This document shows positions 9,007 through 18,528 of a stretch of 26,221 nt of DNA, piece after piece; within the stretch, counting starts at the first letter, position 1, and each line of letters starts with the position of its first letter. The position numbers were made by a program, and so were the translations under genes. Where the stretch lies: NCBI GenBank assembly GCA_963773065.1, contig CAVYZN010000012.1:1-26221 (forward strand). The letters run 5' to 3'. Under the pieces are notes generated by a model, which saw nothing but the letters and a program-made list of their open reading frames with translations, ran no database searches and was not told where the DNA came from. The stretch is from an uncultured Gammaproteobacteria bacterium (GTDB taxonomy: Bacteria > Pseudomonadota > Gammaproteobacteria > UBA9214).

Positions 9007-10354
9007 GCGCATCCACGGACATTCGATCAGGCGCCGGCTGCTGCTGGCGCTGCTCGCCACGACGCTGCTGGTCTGGGGCGCAACCCTGCTCTTGAGCTAC
9101 CGCGATACGCGGCACGAACTGGATGAACTGCTGGATGCGCACCTTGCCCAGTCTACCTCTCTGCTGATTGCCCAGATCAGCCACGAGACCGACGAAATCG
9201 ACGTGGAGCATCCACCTCGACTGTACCACTACCAACGCAAGGTCGCCTTCCAGATCTGGGAACGGGGCAAGTCGCTGTTACTTCACTCCGCCAGCGCGCC
9301 CAATGTGCGACTGTCGCCCGCCGATCAGGGCTTCAGCGACAGTCTGGTCGGTGGCTCCACGTGGCGCGTGTTCAGCGCCTGGGACGACACGCGGCATTTT
9401 CTCATCCAGGTCGGCGAGCGACGCGAGGCGCGCGACGCGCTTGCCAACACCATCGCCAAGGCCATGTTGCTGCCTCTGCTGGTCGCGCTGCCGGTGCTGG
9501 CGCTGATGATCTGGTTCAGCGTGGCGCGGGCACTGCGCCCGCTGCAGGTGCTCGGTAGCCAGGTTGCGTTGCGACATGCGGACAACCTCGCGCCGATCGA
9601 GGCGGCCACCACGCCGAACGAGGTGCTACCACTGCTGCAAGGGCTCAACAAGCTGTTCGAGCGCATGCGCGCATCTATCGACAGCGAACGCGGCTTTACC
9701 GCCAATGCCGCGCACGAACTGCGCACGCCGCTCGCGGCGATCCGGACCCAAGCCCAGGTGGCGCGGGCCGCCAGCGACGAAGCGGAACGTCGGCGCGCGC
9801 TGGACAACGTCATCGCCGGTTGCGACCGTGCCGCGCACCTGACGGATTAGTTGCTGACGCTGGCGCGGCTGGAGCCGAACCAGCCGGTAGAGCGCGAGGC
9901 TGTCGATCTGAAGGCGCTGGTAGTGAACGTCGTGGCCGAACTCGCGCCTGCCGCTATCGCCAAAGACGTCGACCTGCAACTGGCGCCGGGTGTCGCGGTG
10001 GCGGTCGCGGGCTCGCCGGGACTCCTGGCGATAATGGTGCACAATCTCATCGACAACGCCATCCGCTATACCGCTCGCCACAGCGCGGTACAGGTGGAGA
10101 TCACGCCGACCGGCGACGGCGCCGAGTTCTCGGTGCTCGACCAGGGACCGGGCATTTCGGAGGACGAGCTGGGCCGTGTGTGGGACCGTTTCTATCGGGT
10201 GCTGGGCAGCGGCGAGACCGGCAGCGGCCTGGGGTTGTCCATTGTCAAGCGCATCGCCGAACTTCACGATGCTAAGGTGTCGCTCACACCGGTGGCGCGC
10301 GGCACCGGACTGCATGTCCGGGTGCACATCGCCGGCGGACAGGCGCACCGCTGA
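8999..10354 (+). pseudogene. QseC/PmrB-like sensor histidine kinase with an in-frame TAG at 9848-9850
   Basis: Two TM helices and H-box AAHELRTPL. The same frame continues after TAG (LTD*LLTLARLE) through NLIDNAIRY, DQGPG and GSGLGLSIV. Confidence 0.88.
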
Positions 10355-10442
10355 ACAATCCTCGACGCACAGGCTTATCCGATAATCAACCCATAAATCG
10401 AATACAGCAGGACACTCCGATGGTCAAACAAATTCCGCTTAC

Positions 10443-10654
10443 GCGGAAGCCTGCGGATATCGCCTCCTTGCCCAGCGACCCGTTCAAGGCCCTATTCCAC
10501 TCTCTCCGGGCCCTTCTTCTCCCCCCTCGCCCAGCGCCAAAAAAACCCGAAGTCCGGAAGCATCGAAAATGCTATCTTTACAAATCAAAGGGTTACTCGC
10601 GGACTTTTCAAGCGGTTGGATGGCGTCATTGCCTACCCGGAGGAAACCGCCTAC
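10443..10654 (+). repeat. ~210-bp diverged direct repeat, copy 2
   Basis: Colinear with 6326-6535 (see copy 1). Confidence 0.92.
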
Positions 10655-10756
10655 CGAACAAAACGACAACAGGGCGTGCTCGGAACTCTTGATGGTTGAG
10701 GTCAGGCCGATCACCGTAGCAATCGCTCCAGGACCCACCATGATCGGCATGGCCAT
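10655..10756 (-). pseudogene. Internal fragment of a MarC-family membrane protein
   Basis: AMPIMVGPGAIATVIGLTS matches the MarC P-x3-GPG-x-I motif. Confidence 0.6.
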
Positions 10757-10759
10757 TCC

Positions 10760-11150
10760 GCCATGAGTGCAAGTTCTGGGGTAAGTTCATGGTAGCCGCT
10801 CAGCATCACCTGGTTCGGCAGCGCGAAGTCGAAGGTGCTTTGGGGGTTGTTCAAACCCGACAATTGAAGGACGGCATTCAACCCGGGGCCGACACCGTTA
10901 AACGAGGGCTGGTCCTTGTATTTGAGATCCACCTTGGAGGATAGGTGAGCCCCACGCGCGTGCCGGCCCGGGGTTCGACCAAGAGGCCCGCGTTCCAGCC
11001 GATGTCCGTGTCGGTGTCCTTGAATTTCATGCGTCCATCCGAGGCATTCGGTTCGAGGTTGTTGATATTCGTCCGGGCGCCGAGTTCACCATAAACCAGC
11101 CACAGGCCACCGCCGACCGACAGCCAGTTGTTCACCTTGTAACCGAAGGC
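10760..11150 (-). pseudogene. Internal fragment of a FadL/OmpP1/TodX-family outer-membrane transporter
   Basis: FGYKVNNWLSVGGG, GWNAGLLVEPRAGTRVGLTY, (shift) SKVDL..LPNQVMLSGYHELTPELALMA. No N- or C-terminus present. Confidence 0.75.
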
Positions 11151-11182
11151 CCCAAGACGAGACCTAGAGCGGTGGCCTTCGG

Positions 11183-11524
11183 GTTGCCGGCGAGGAGGCG
11201 TACAGGGCCAACAGGGGTGACGTCTCCGAGCCCCATTGACGTGTAGGTCTCCGCGGAGAAGTACAGGCAGTTGGTGACGGAAATGCTGGGCGGTCCAGCG
11301 AGACTGCCTTCGCCAAGGTGGGTCACCATGAGGTAGAACGTGAACCCGTAGGCGGCGATTTCGAGCGCGTGCGCCGCAAACGCGCCGAAGATCACGACCA
11401 GCACCTTGGTCCGGCTGGGAATCCGCAAGCCCGGCAGCCACCGGTACAGACCGCGCAGGGCTTCGTAATGAATGGTGGTGGTCATTCCGATCAGCAGCAG
11501 GGCGACACAGGCTACGAGTGGCAT
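11183..11524 (-). pseudogene. 2TM potassium-channel-family protein, 3'-truncated
   Basis: LYFSAETYTSMGLGDVTPVGPVRLLAG pore-loop motif; the inner helix is cut off after LLAG. Confidence 0.75.
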
Positions 11525-11831
11525 GGCAGCGTGTTGGGCGGATAGTCTAGGGGACTAGGGTGACCGCAGCGCCGTCACGATCCCGAACGACAAGTGCATA
11601 AGCCGCATGCCTTCCTTCCTGGTGCTTACAGACGTCAGTTGCCTGGCGACCGGACGGTTCATCCGTTCCGGCGGAGTTCTTCTGGGGTGTAGGCCAATGC
11701 TGGTTATCTCTGACACGAGATTCCGGAAACATTCCCTCGACTAGGACAAAAACTTGCCTCCGAAACATGCTGTGTCCTATCCATTCGCGTTTGGGTAACT
11801 AGCGGGTGTTATCCCAAATGACGTCCACATG

Positions 11832-11902
11832 GCCACGGAAGCACACGGAAAAACACGAAAGTTACGCTCTTTTTTTCCATGTCTTCGGTGTGATTCCGTG
11901 GC
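11832..11902. repeat. REP/MITE-like imperfect palindrome
   Basis: GCCACGGAAGCACACGGAA...TTCGGTGTGATTCCGTGGC, with internal CACGGAA iterations. Confidence 0.6.
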
Positions 11903-12066
11903 TATTTATCACGCTTGGGCACTTGATTAAGTGCCATTGGCCTTAAGGACGACTCCCCGTCCCATTCTGTCCGGCTAGACGTTGAAGGTTTGGCGGATCC
12001 CGCCAGCATGGTCCGGCGCGAGCGCCTTTCGCAGCAGCCGGCACACCCGCGGACAAGCACACGCGA

Positions 12067-14838
12067 TCAGTCTATGCCACCCCCGCCATGGCAGACCGAA
12101 CATCCCACGGGCTCGCCCTTGTGCACCAGCGTGCCGCGCAGGTTGCGATCCGCCTTGGCGACCGAGAGCACAGTACCCGTGTTGCTGGAGCGGGATCCCG
12201 CACCGTGGCACACCGAACAGTTGCTGCCGCTTGCCAGACTTTGATGGCCACCGCGGGCGAAACTGGTGTCGGCGCCCACCGGGTGCATGCCGTGCGGTCC
12301 ACCGAGGGTGTTGACGCTGTCCATGGCGGTGCCGTGACAGACGCTGCATTCCACGATGGCCCCCGTGTGCCCCTGCAGCTGGGTAGCCGGGACGTTGTCG
12401 TTCGCATTCGGGTTGGCGTTCGGCCATTCCGCATGGGTCGCCCCGTGGCAGCCCTCGCACATGACCCCGCCGTGACTGGTGCTCACGCGGTATAACCTCG
12501 GGTTGCCAGCCGCCGGATTGGCGAAGCCGTTGAAGGAAACCGGCACTGCGGGTTCCGCGAATCGCTTGTTGGTGGGGACGATCGGCGTGGCCTTGGCATC
12601 ACCGGTCTTCCAGGCTTGTCGCAGGCGAATGCCGTCGGTGTTGCCATTGGTGTCCACCGTATTGACCAGGGTCCCCGCCGTCCCCGCGAGGTTGTCGACC
12701 GCATCCCCCGTATGGCAGGAACCGCACCCGGGCTCGTTCGCCCACGGCACGCGCGGCTGACTGCTTGACGGGTCATAGAAGTTACCCTGATTCAGGATGA
12801 ACGTCCCCGGGTTGGACGGCGAAACGTTCTTGGAAAAGTCGTTGCCCACCTGCAGCATGCTGCCATGACAGTCGCTGCAGAGGATGTCCGCATTGAACAT
12901 CACCCCGCGCAGGCATTTCGTGTTCTTGCCCGGGTGGCACTGGTAGCAACTGTTATCCAGCGCCGACAGGCGCGCGGACTGGTTGCTGACGTTGCCGTTT
13001 GCATCCTGCGTGGGCGCCGGCATGGGTGGGAACAGGCTGGTAAACTGGCCATGGTAATTGTGCATCACGCGCGAATTGCTCTGGTGCGCCAGCTGGTTGC
13101 GGCCGTTGGCGTCGGTGCCAGGCGCGCCGGACATCGGTCCGACCTGCGCCAGATCCAGCGCCGGGGTGTAATGACAGACCTGGCACACCACCGGTTTGTT
13201 CTGCACCAGCGCCTTGTTGATCAGGCAGTTGGCGTCGCCGTCGCCGCCGTTGGTGTGGATGTCGCAGGGCGCGGTCTTATTGGCCGTGTCCACGTATTCG
13301 GCACCGTGCCGCAGGTCGTGCAGCCGCAGAATATTGATGTCCGCCGCATACTCGACACTCACTTTCATCGGCATGTTGCTGTCCGGATCGTCCAGGCTGG
13401 TGGCCACCGGCAGCCCGGCGTTGCGCAGCGCGTCGGTGGGCTGGCTGCTGCGGCTGTTCTGCACGTCGGTGGGATCGGAATGGCAATTGGTGCAGCTTGC
13501 CTCTCCGGAGATCGGCAGCACCGTATCCACCGTCGCCACAGTGGTGGTGCCGTTTTTCGCCTGCACGCGAACTAGCGGATAGGGGTTCTCGCGCCCGATG
13601 TCGTCGAAGGCCGAGAACGGGATGCCCGCGCCCTCGTACCAGTTGACGTCGTTGGCCACGTAGCCAAACGGGAAATTCACGAAAAACGGCTTGTTGACAT
13701 AGTGCTCCTGAATCGCCTGCGACGCATTCTGGGCATAGGGCATGGCAAGTCCCGGCATTGCGTACTGCACCGCCGTCAGTTGCTCGTCACCGCTGTTCAC
13801 CTTGCCGTCGGCGCCGATGTAGAGATCCTCCAAATTCGGCACCGGCAAGCCCACGTCGGCTGTGACCGGCTTAGTTGCACCGGCCAGACCGGTGGACAGC
13901 GGCGTGACCAGGGCCGGGTAGAACGCGTCATAGGCACCGAGCGGAATCACTTCCCAGAAGTTGGTCTTGTAGGTGGCGCCGTCGGGTCTCACCCCGTTCA
14001 GGACACCCGTCTGCCCCAGTATCGGGTCCGTCGGGTTATAGGCCGCCGAGTAGTAGAGACTCACGTTCGAGGGGTTGAGCGTCGGGGTGGAACCCTTCTG
14101 GATCACCTGGGCAAGCAGCACCTGGAACGGCGGCAGGATGCTCGCCACACGGGTGTCCAGATCCCCGCAGTGCATGCCGAGGTCATTGATCGCCAGCACG
14201 CTGTAGCTTGTGTTCGCAACCTGCGGCTGCCGCGGTACCACGCTGGTGATTTTGCCGCTGGAGGTCTGGCTGGTGGAATTGATCGAAACGCCAGGCGCCG
14301 ACGGGGTACCGCCGGTCACGGTAATCAACCGGCTTTGTAGCGGACAGGACGCACCCGCCGAGTCGGTCGCCTCCAGCGTGGTCACGAATACGCCAGCATT
14401 TGCATAGGACACCCTGACGGGATCTTCGACGCTGGCGTCTGCTGGCGTACCGCCGGAGAACGTCCAGTGGATGCTGACCGTGTCGCCCGCGTCAGGGTCG
14501 TTCACTGTCGCGGTGTAGGTTATGCTGTCACCCGACCTGATGGTGATATCGCCTGCCGGGGAATTGATCGCGCAGATCGGCGGGGTGTTGGCAGCCGTGC
14601 CGCCACCTACAGCTTCATTCTCACTGTCACCCCCACCACCACCCCCACCACCGCCGCAGGCGGTCAGACCGAGCAGTAGCAATGCTGTCAATGCTGCGGC
14701 ACAGCGGTGGGAAAATACACCGCGAGTCGGTTGCAGGTCATGGCACGGCCCCGACTGGATGCAACGACGCCACTGTGCTCGCGAAGCAAACGTCGCCGAC
14801 TTAAACGAATTGTGTACACACCATGATGTCCGAATCAT
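12067..14838 (-). CDS. Multiheme (9x CXXCH) c-type cytochrome lipoprotein with a PKD-like domain
   Basis: Lipobox LLLLGLTA-C then poly-Gly; PKD-like segment (WTFSGG..SYANAGVFVTTLEATD); NDLGMHC motif; CTNCH, CQVCH, CYQCH, CSDCH, CGSCH, CEGCH and CSVCH x3. The start is uncertain (ATG 14838 or TTG 14844). Confidence 0.9.
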   Translation of the reverse strand: MIRTSWCVHNSFKSATFASRAQWRRCIQSGPCHDLQPTRGVFSHRCAAALTALLLLGLTACGGGGGGGGGDSENEAVGGGTAANTPPICAINSPAGDITIRSGDSITYTATVNDPDAGDTVSIHWTFSGGTPADASVEDPVRVSYANAGVFVTTLEATDSAGASCPLQSRLITVTGGTPSAPGVSINSTSQTSSGKITSVVPRQPQVANTSYSVLAINDLGMHCGDLDTRVASILPPFQVLLAQVIQKGSTPTLNPSNVSLYYSAAYNPTDPILGQTGVLNGVRPDGATYKTNFWEVIPLGAYDAFYPALVTPLSTGLAGATKPVTADVGLPVPNLEDLYIGADGKVNSGDEQLTAVQYAMPGLAMPYAQNASQAIQEHYVNKPFFVNFPFGYVANDVNWYEGAGIPFSAFDDIGRENPYPLVRVQAKNGTTTVATVDTVLPISGEASCTNCHSDPTDVQNSRSSQPTDALRNAGLPVATSLDDPDSNMPMKVSVEYAADINILRLHDLRHGAEYVDTANKTAPCDIHTNGGDGDANCLINKALVQNKPVVCQVCHYTPALDLAQVGPMSGAPGTDANGRNQLAHQSNSRVMHNYHGQFTSLFPPMPAPTQDANGNVSNQSARLSALDNSCYQCHPGKNTKCLRGVMFNADILCSDCHGSMLQVGNDFSKNVSPSNPGTFILNQGNFYDPSSSQPRVPWANEPGCGSCHTGDAVDNLAGTAGTLVNTVDTNGNTDGIRLRQAWKTGDAKATPIVPTNKRFAEPAVPVSFNGFANPAAGNPRLYRVSTSHGGVMCEGCHGATHAEWPNANPNANDNVPATQLQGHTGAIVECSVCHGTAMDSVNTLGGPHGMHPVGADTSFARGGHQSLASGSNCSVCHGAGSRSSNTGTVLSVAKADRNLRGTLVHKGEPVGCSVCHGGGGID

Positions 14839-14840
14839 TA

Positions 14841-15647
14841 TCAACTGGCTCTTTGTTTAGCGAAGGAAATAAGCGTCGGCACTTGCTTGATGATCGTGCG
14901 ACTGACGATTCCCGGCAGGATCGCATTGAGGCGCGCGAACAGGCTTTCCGGGAAGCCGATATAGGCCTCTTCCCTATCCCTTTCAATGGCCAGTACGATC
15001 ATTTTCACCACCCATTGCGGATCATCCATATGTATCAGCTTGAGCTCTGCCATGCGGTGTACCACGGGCGGGTTGAACGGTGTTCTCACAGCGCGCGGAG
15101 AGACATAGGTGACGCCGACGCCGCTGCCGGTGAGTTCGCGGCGTAACGCCTGGGAGAAGCCGCGCAGGGCAAATTTGCTGGCCGAGTAAGCGGCGAAGCA
15201 GGGAAAACCGATACTACCGAACATCGACCCTATGTTGACGATGCGCCCGTGACGCCGCTCGATCATTTGTGGTAGTACGGAACGCGTCATTTGCATGGGG
15301 GCCTCGACGTTTACCTGGAGCAGGCGCTGTATCATGCCCGGGTCTTGCTCGTCGAAACGGACGAAGTCCATCACGCCAGCAAGATTGATGAGGATGTCGA
15401 TGCCCCCCCATGCCTGTATCATCATGTTGACGGCGCGTTCGCGATCTTCGGCACGCGTGAGATCAGCTTGTGTCGTCAATATTTCCGTCGGGAAACTTTT
15501 TAATTCACGCAATATGCGTTCGGCGTTTTCGTGAGTTCTGTCGAGCAGGCACAACCTGGCCTTGCGAGCCGCGAGTTGCGCGCACAATTCCCGGCCAATG
15601 CCACCGCCTGCGCCGGTGACGAGGATACGTTGCGATTCAAGATTCAT
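14841..15647 (-). CDS. Short-chain dehydrogenase/reductase
   Basis: TGAGGGIG, INLAG, VNIGS, YSASK; AAGGA RBS. Confidence 0.95.
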   Translation of the reverse strand: MNLESQRILVTGAGGGIGRELCAQLAARKARLCLLDRTHENAERILRELKSFPTEILTTQADLTRAEDRERAVNMMIQAWGGIDILINLAGVMDFVRFDEQDPGMIQRLLQVNVEAPMQMTRSVLPQMIERRHGRIVNIGSMFGSIGFPCFAAYSASKFALRGFSQALRRELTGSGVGVTYVSPRAVRTPFNPPVVHRMAELKLIHMDDPQWVVKMIVLAIERDREEAYIGFPESLFARLNAILPGIVSRTIIKQVPTLISFAKQRAS

Positions 15648-15725
15648 GCGTGTTTCCTTTTTAATTGCAATTCGTCGCGTGGGTCAGGGTGTGTTTGATT
15701 AACTCACCGTGCCCTTCAGTGCCTT

Positions 15726-16376
15726 TTACGTTTTGTCTTGAATCTTGGCAATGATGGCCTGGATCTCTTCGCGACGTCCCTGGTCGGCTAACGGCCGATT
15801 GGGGCGGGCGGGAGCATGCATGGCTTTGTCGAGGTAAGTCAGCGCCTCAGGATAGCGACCCTTGCGGTACAGGAAGTCGCCGTAGAAATAATTCGGGTCG
15901 ATACCAGCAGGGTTGATCTCCAGGGCTTTCTTCAGGAAGATCTCGGCTTTTTTGTCGTCGCCATAACTTATCGGCCAGCCAGGCACCTGATAGTAAAGGC
16001 TGCCGAGACTGGTATAGATGGAACCGTTCAGGGCGTCGGGATCGATCTTTTCCGCCTGTTCCAGGAGATCGCGGGCCTCTCGCACCATGCTCAAAGCACC
16101 CAACCCGCCTTTTGCGCCCGCGTGGGTGCTGAGAACGATAGCCTTCCATACCAGTGGCTCGGCATGCCCTGGATAGCGCGTGATCAGCGCGTCCACCATT
16201 TCTTCCACGTGGAGATAGGCAGCCGCTTGTTTGTCCTCCGGGATCTGGTAATGGACATGCTCCCATGCATGCTGAATCTCGACAATACCGTTGTTCAGAT
16301 CGGTATCCTGGGCAGCCGCCGTGGCGGAGAACAGAACCAGGAGCAGGATCGATAGCGCGTGTTGGATGCGTTGCAT
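15726..16376 (-). CDS. Secreted TPR-repeat protein
   Basis: Signal peptide ending AAA-Q, TPR-like helices (KALEINPAGIDPNYFYGDFL), and SLGSLYYQVPGWP. GGAG spacing favours ATG 16376 (alternative 16385). Confidence 0.85.
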   Translation of the reverse strand: MQRIQHALSILLLVLFSATAAAQDTDLNNGIVEIQHAWEHVHYQIPEDKQAAAYLHVEEMVDALITRYPGHAEPLVWKAIVLSTHAGAKGGLGALSMVREARDLLEQAEKIDPDALNGSIYTSLGSLYYQVPGWPISYGDDKKAEIFLKKALEINPAGIDPNYFYGDFLYRKGRYPEALTYLDKAMHAPARPNRPLADQGRREEIQAIIAKIQDKT

Positions 16377-16400
16377 AGGTGTCATCTCCAGTGTCTGGGT

Positions 16401-17048
16401 TTACTTGGATATGGAGCGGAAAATGTTTCCATACAGGTGATAAAACATGTTCGCGCAGTGGATCACCGTGTTCTGATCTTCGTCGCAAGTGATGCGGTTC
16501 ATCAGGTTCCGGAAAAACTCGATGTGTCCCTGATCCAGAACCCCGTGGGAATCGAGATAGCTGAAGGCGTTGTCAGGCAGGTTCAGGTGTTGCTTGATGA
16601 CCGCGGCCGCACTGGAGGCGATAGCTGCGCTGGTGCCTTCCAGCACCAGGACCATGCCGAAAAAGCCAACGGGGTTGCGTCGCTGAATCACGTCGTAGGC
16701 ATAGGACACCATCAATTCGGTGGCCGCGAACGGCGTTGCGTCGCGGGCCGCATTACGGTCGCCGCCGCAGGCCGTGATGTCGTCCAGAATCCACTCCTCG
16801 TGACCCGTTTCTTCCTCGATGTACTCGCCGACGGCCTCGCGCAACCAGGCGTAGTGCTCGGGTAACCGGCAGCCGCAACCCATCAGCAATGGTACGGTGT
16901 GCTTGACGTGATGGTAGGCCTGTTCCAGAAAGGTGATGTAATCCTCCCTGGTGATGTCGCTATGCAGTGCGCGTTGCAGGATGGGTATCGCCAGGAATTT
17001 CTCTCGCTCGGTGTCGGTGGCGGCGAGGAGCCGGTCATGGAATGGCAT
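16401..17048 (-). CDS. Heme-oxygenase-like diiron enzyme (TenA/PqqC/CADD superfamily)
   Basis: Helical fold with YHHVKH, EEETGHE, VLEGTS and H-x3-D-x2-H (HGVLDQGH) metal-ligand pattern. ATG lies 4 nt after the upstream stop. Confidence 0.85.
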   Translation of the reverse strand: MPFHDRLLAATDTEREKFLAIPILQRALHSDITREDYITFLEQAYHHVKHTVPLLMGCGCRLPEHYAWLREAVGEYIEEETGHEEWILDDITACGGDRNAARDATPFAATELMVSYAYDVIQRRNPVGFFGMVLVLEGTSAAIASSAAAVIKQHLNLPDNAFSYLDSHGVLDQGHIEFFRNLMNRITCDEDQNTVIHCANMFYHLYGNIFRSISK

Positions 17049-17052
17049 GTTA

Positions 17053-18525
17053 TTACGTTGCCTTGTACAGCCATTCAATCTGTCTGGAATACCTGGCGGC
17101 GATGGCCTGACGGTTAAGTACACCGACACCGTTGGCGAGACCGTTGTGGCTGCAGAAGGGTTCGACGGCGACGATCCAGTCTTTTACCCGCGCATAGTCG
17201 GGCAACGTTTGATTCAGGGCCTCGATGTCCGGTCCGATCCGTGCTCCCGCGGCCGCGTCGCAGGGCACGACCACGGCGATGTTCCAGTCGCGTCCCTCGC
17301 CGAATAACGCTGCCTGGGCGATGGCAGACGTTCCGGTCAGTTCGCTTTCGATCCACTCGGGGGCGAGCTTGCGGCCATGCGCCGTCGCGAACGCGGTTTT
17401 CTTGCGCCCGGTGATACGAAGATTACCGTCGCTGTCGAGGAAACCGATGTCACCTGTCGCCCATTCTTCAAGGGAACGGAAGGGCTGGCCGAGGTAACCG
17501 CTGAAGAGATTACCGCCAACCACAATCTCGCCGTCCGCAGCGATGCGTACCCTGGTATGGGGTAACGGACGTCCGACGCTCCCGATGCAGTTCTGCCCGG
17601 GGACATTCATGCTTACCACAGACGCTGCTTCCGAGAGCCCGTAACCTTCGTAGACCGGGAGGCCCAGGGCGCGGGCCCGATTCAACAGCAGCGGGGAGAC
17701 GGGCGCGCCGCCCACCGCGATAAAACGCAGCGACGACGGCATGCGCACGCCCTGCGTGGCAGCCTCGACCAGTATTTTCAATAAATGCGGAACCAGAACG
17801 GTTACTGTCGGCTGGTAATGATTCAGCGTCGCAATGAGCTGATCGGCGCGTACCCCCGTGGAACCATGGATTCCGCAATCCGAGAGATCGGGCACACAGG
17901 CCGTGCTTCCGCAGAAAAGCGGTGTGTATAGTCCTGCGATATTCGCCAGCAAGGTGGAGAGCGGCAGCAGGGTGAGAGCCTTATCCTGGCCGGAGGCGCC
18001 GACGGCCGCACCCAGCGAAGCGGTGACACGCTCCATGGCCGTGCCCGTCAGGCATACCCCCCTCGGCTGTCCGGTGGTGCCCGAGGTGTAGGTGATTTTG
18101 GCGGTGGACGGCGGCAAGGCAGCACTTTCCGTCTGTGTGATGACGAAGCAGGCCAACGTTTTTCCTGCCACTGTGATTCCCTTCTCCAGACGGGCAAGAG
18201 CAAGATTCAGCACGCGTGACGGTTGGTCGCTTATGATCAACTCCAGCCCGGCGTCGACGATCAAGTGCTGTAACTGCCGGTCGGAGAAAAACGATGGCAT
18301 GGGGATGCACGCGGCACCCCGGTGGTGCGCTGCCAGATCCAGGATCGCCCATGGGCATCCGTTGGCGAGCAGAAGACCGATCCTTTTCAACTGCAGGGTG
18401 GAGCCAATCCGCTCGATTTCCTGTTTCAGTTCACGATAGTTAAGGGAAATGCCGCCGTCGGCAAGGGCAGTGTGACGGGGGCGTTTCCTGGCGAACCAGG
18501 CAATGCGGTCGAGTATCGCTTGCAT
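17053..18525 (-). CDS. AMP-dependent ligase (ANL/acyl-CoA synthetase-like)
   Basis: YTSGTTGQPRG, VGGAP, YEGYGLSE, ATGDIG, GRKK. Confidence 0.92.
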   Translation of the reverse strand: MQAILDRIAWFARKRPRHTALADGGISLNYRELKQEIERIGSTLQLKRIGLLLANGCPWAILDLAAHHRGAACIPMPSFFSDRQLQHLIVDAGLELIISDQPSRVLNLALARLEKGITVAGKTLACFVITQTESAALPPSTAKITYTSGTTGQPRGVCLTGTAMERVTASLGAAVGASGQDKALTLLPLSTLLANIAGLYTPLFCGSTACVPDLSDCGIHGSTGVRADQLIATLNHYQPTVTVLVPHLLKILVEAATQGVRMPSSLRFIAVGGAPVSPLLLNRARALGLPVYEGYGLSEAASVVSMNVPGQNCIGSVGRPLPHTRVRIAADGEIVVGGNLFSGYLGQPFRSLEEWATGDIGFLDSDGNLRITGRKKTAFATAHGRKLAPEWIESELTGTSAIAQAALFGEGRDWNIAVVVPCDAAAGARIGPDIEALNQTLPDYARVKDWIVAVEPFCSHNGLANGVGVLNRQAIAARYSRQIEWLYKAT

Positions 18526-18528
18526 GAG

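Noticed and set aside
9848-9850. Pyrrolysine or stop-codon recoding at the kinase TAG
   Set aside because: No pyl genes are present, TAG terminates other genes here (opgG, shp, the activator), and a CAG>TAG change explains it.
10878-11441. 187-aa ORF as a real fusion protein
   Set aside because: Its first half is an off-frame reading of the channel fragment and its second half is the FadL fragment.
11991-12005. Terminator after the cytochrome (TGGCGG-ATC-CCGCCA)
   Set aside because: Short stem with no U-tract in the transcribed direction.
14628-14657. CCA/CCC tandem repeat as a contingency locus
   Set aside because: It encodes the poly-Gly linker after the lipoprotein Cys, with mixed codons.
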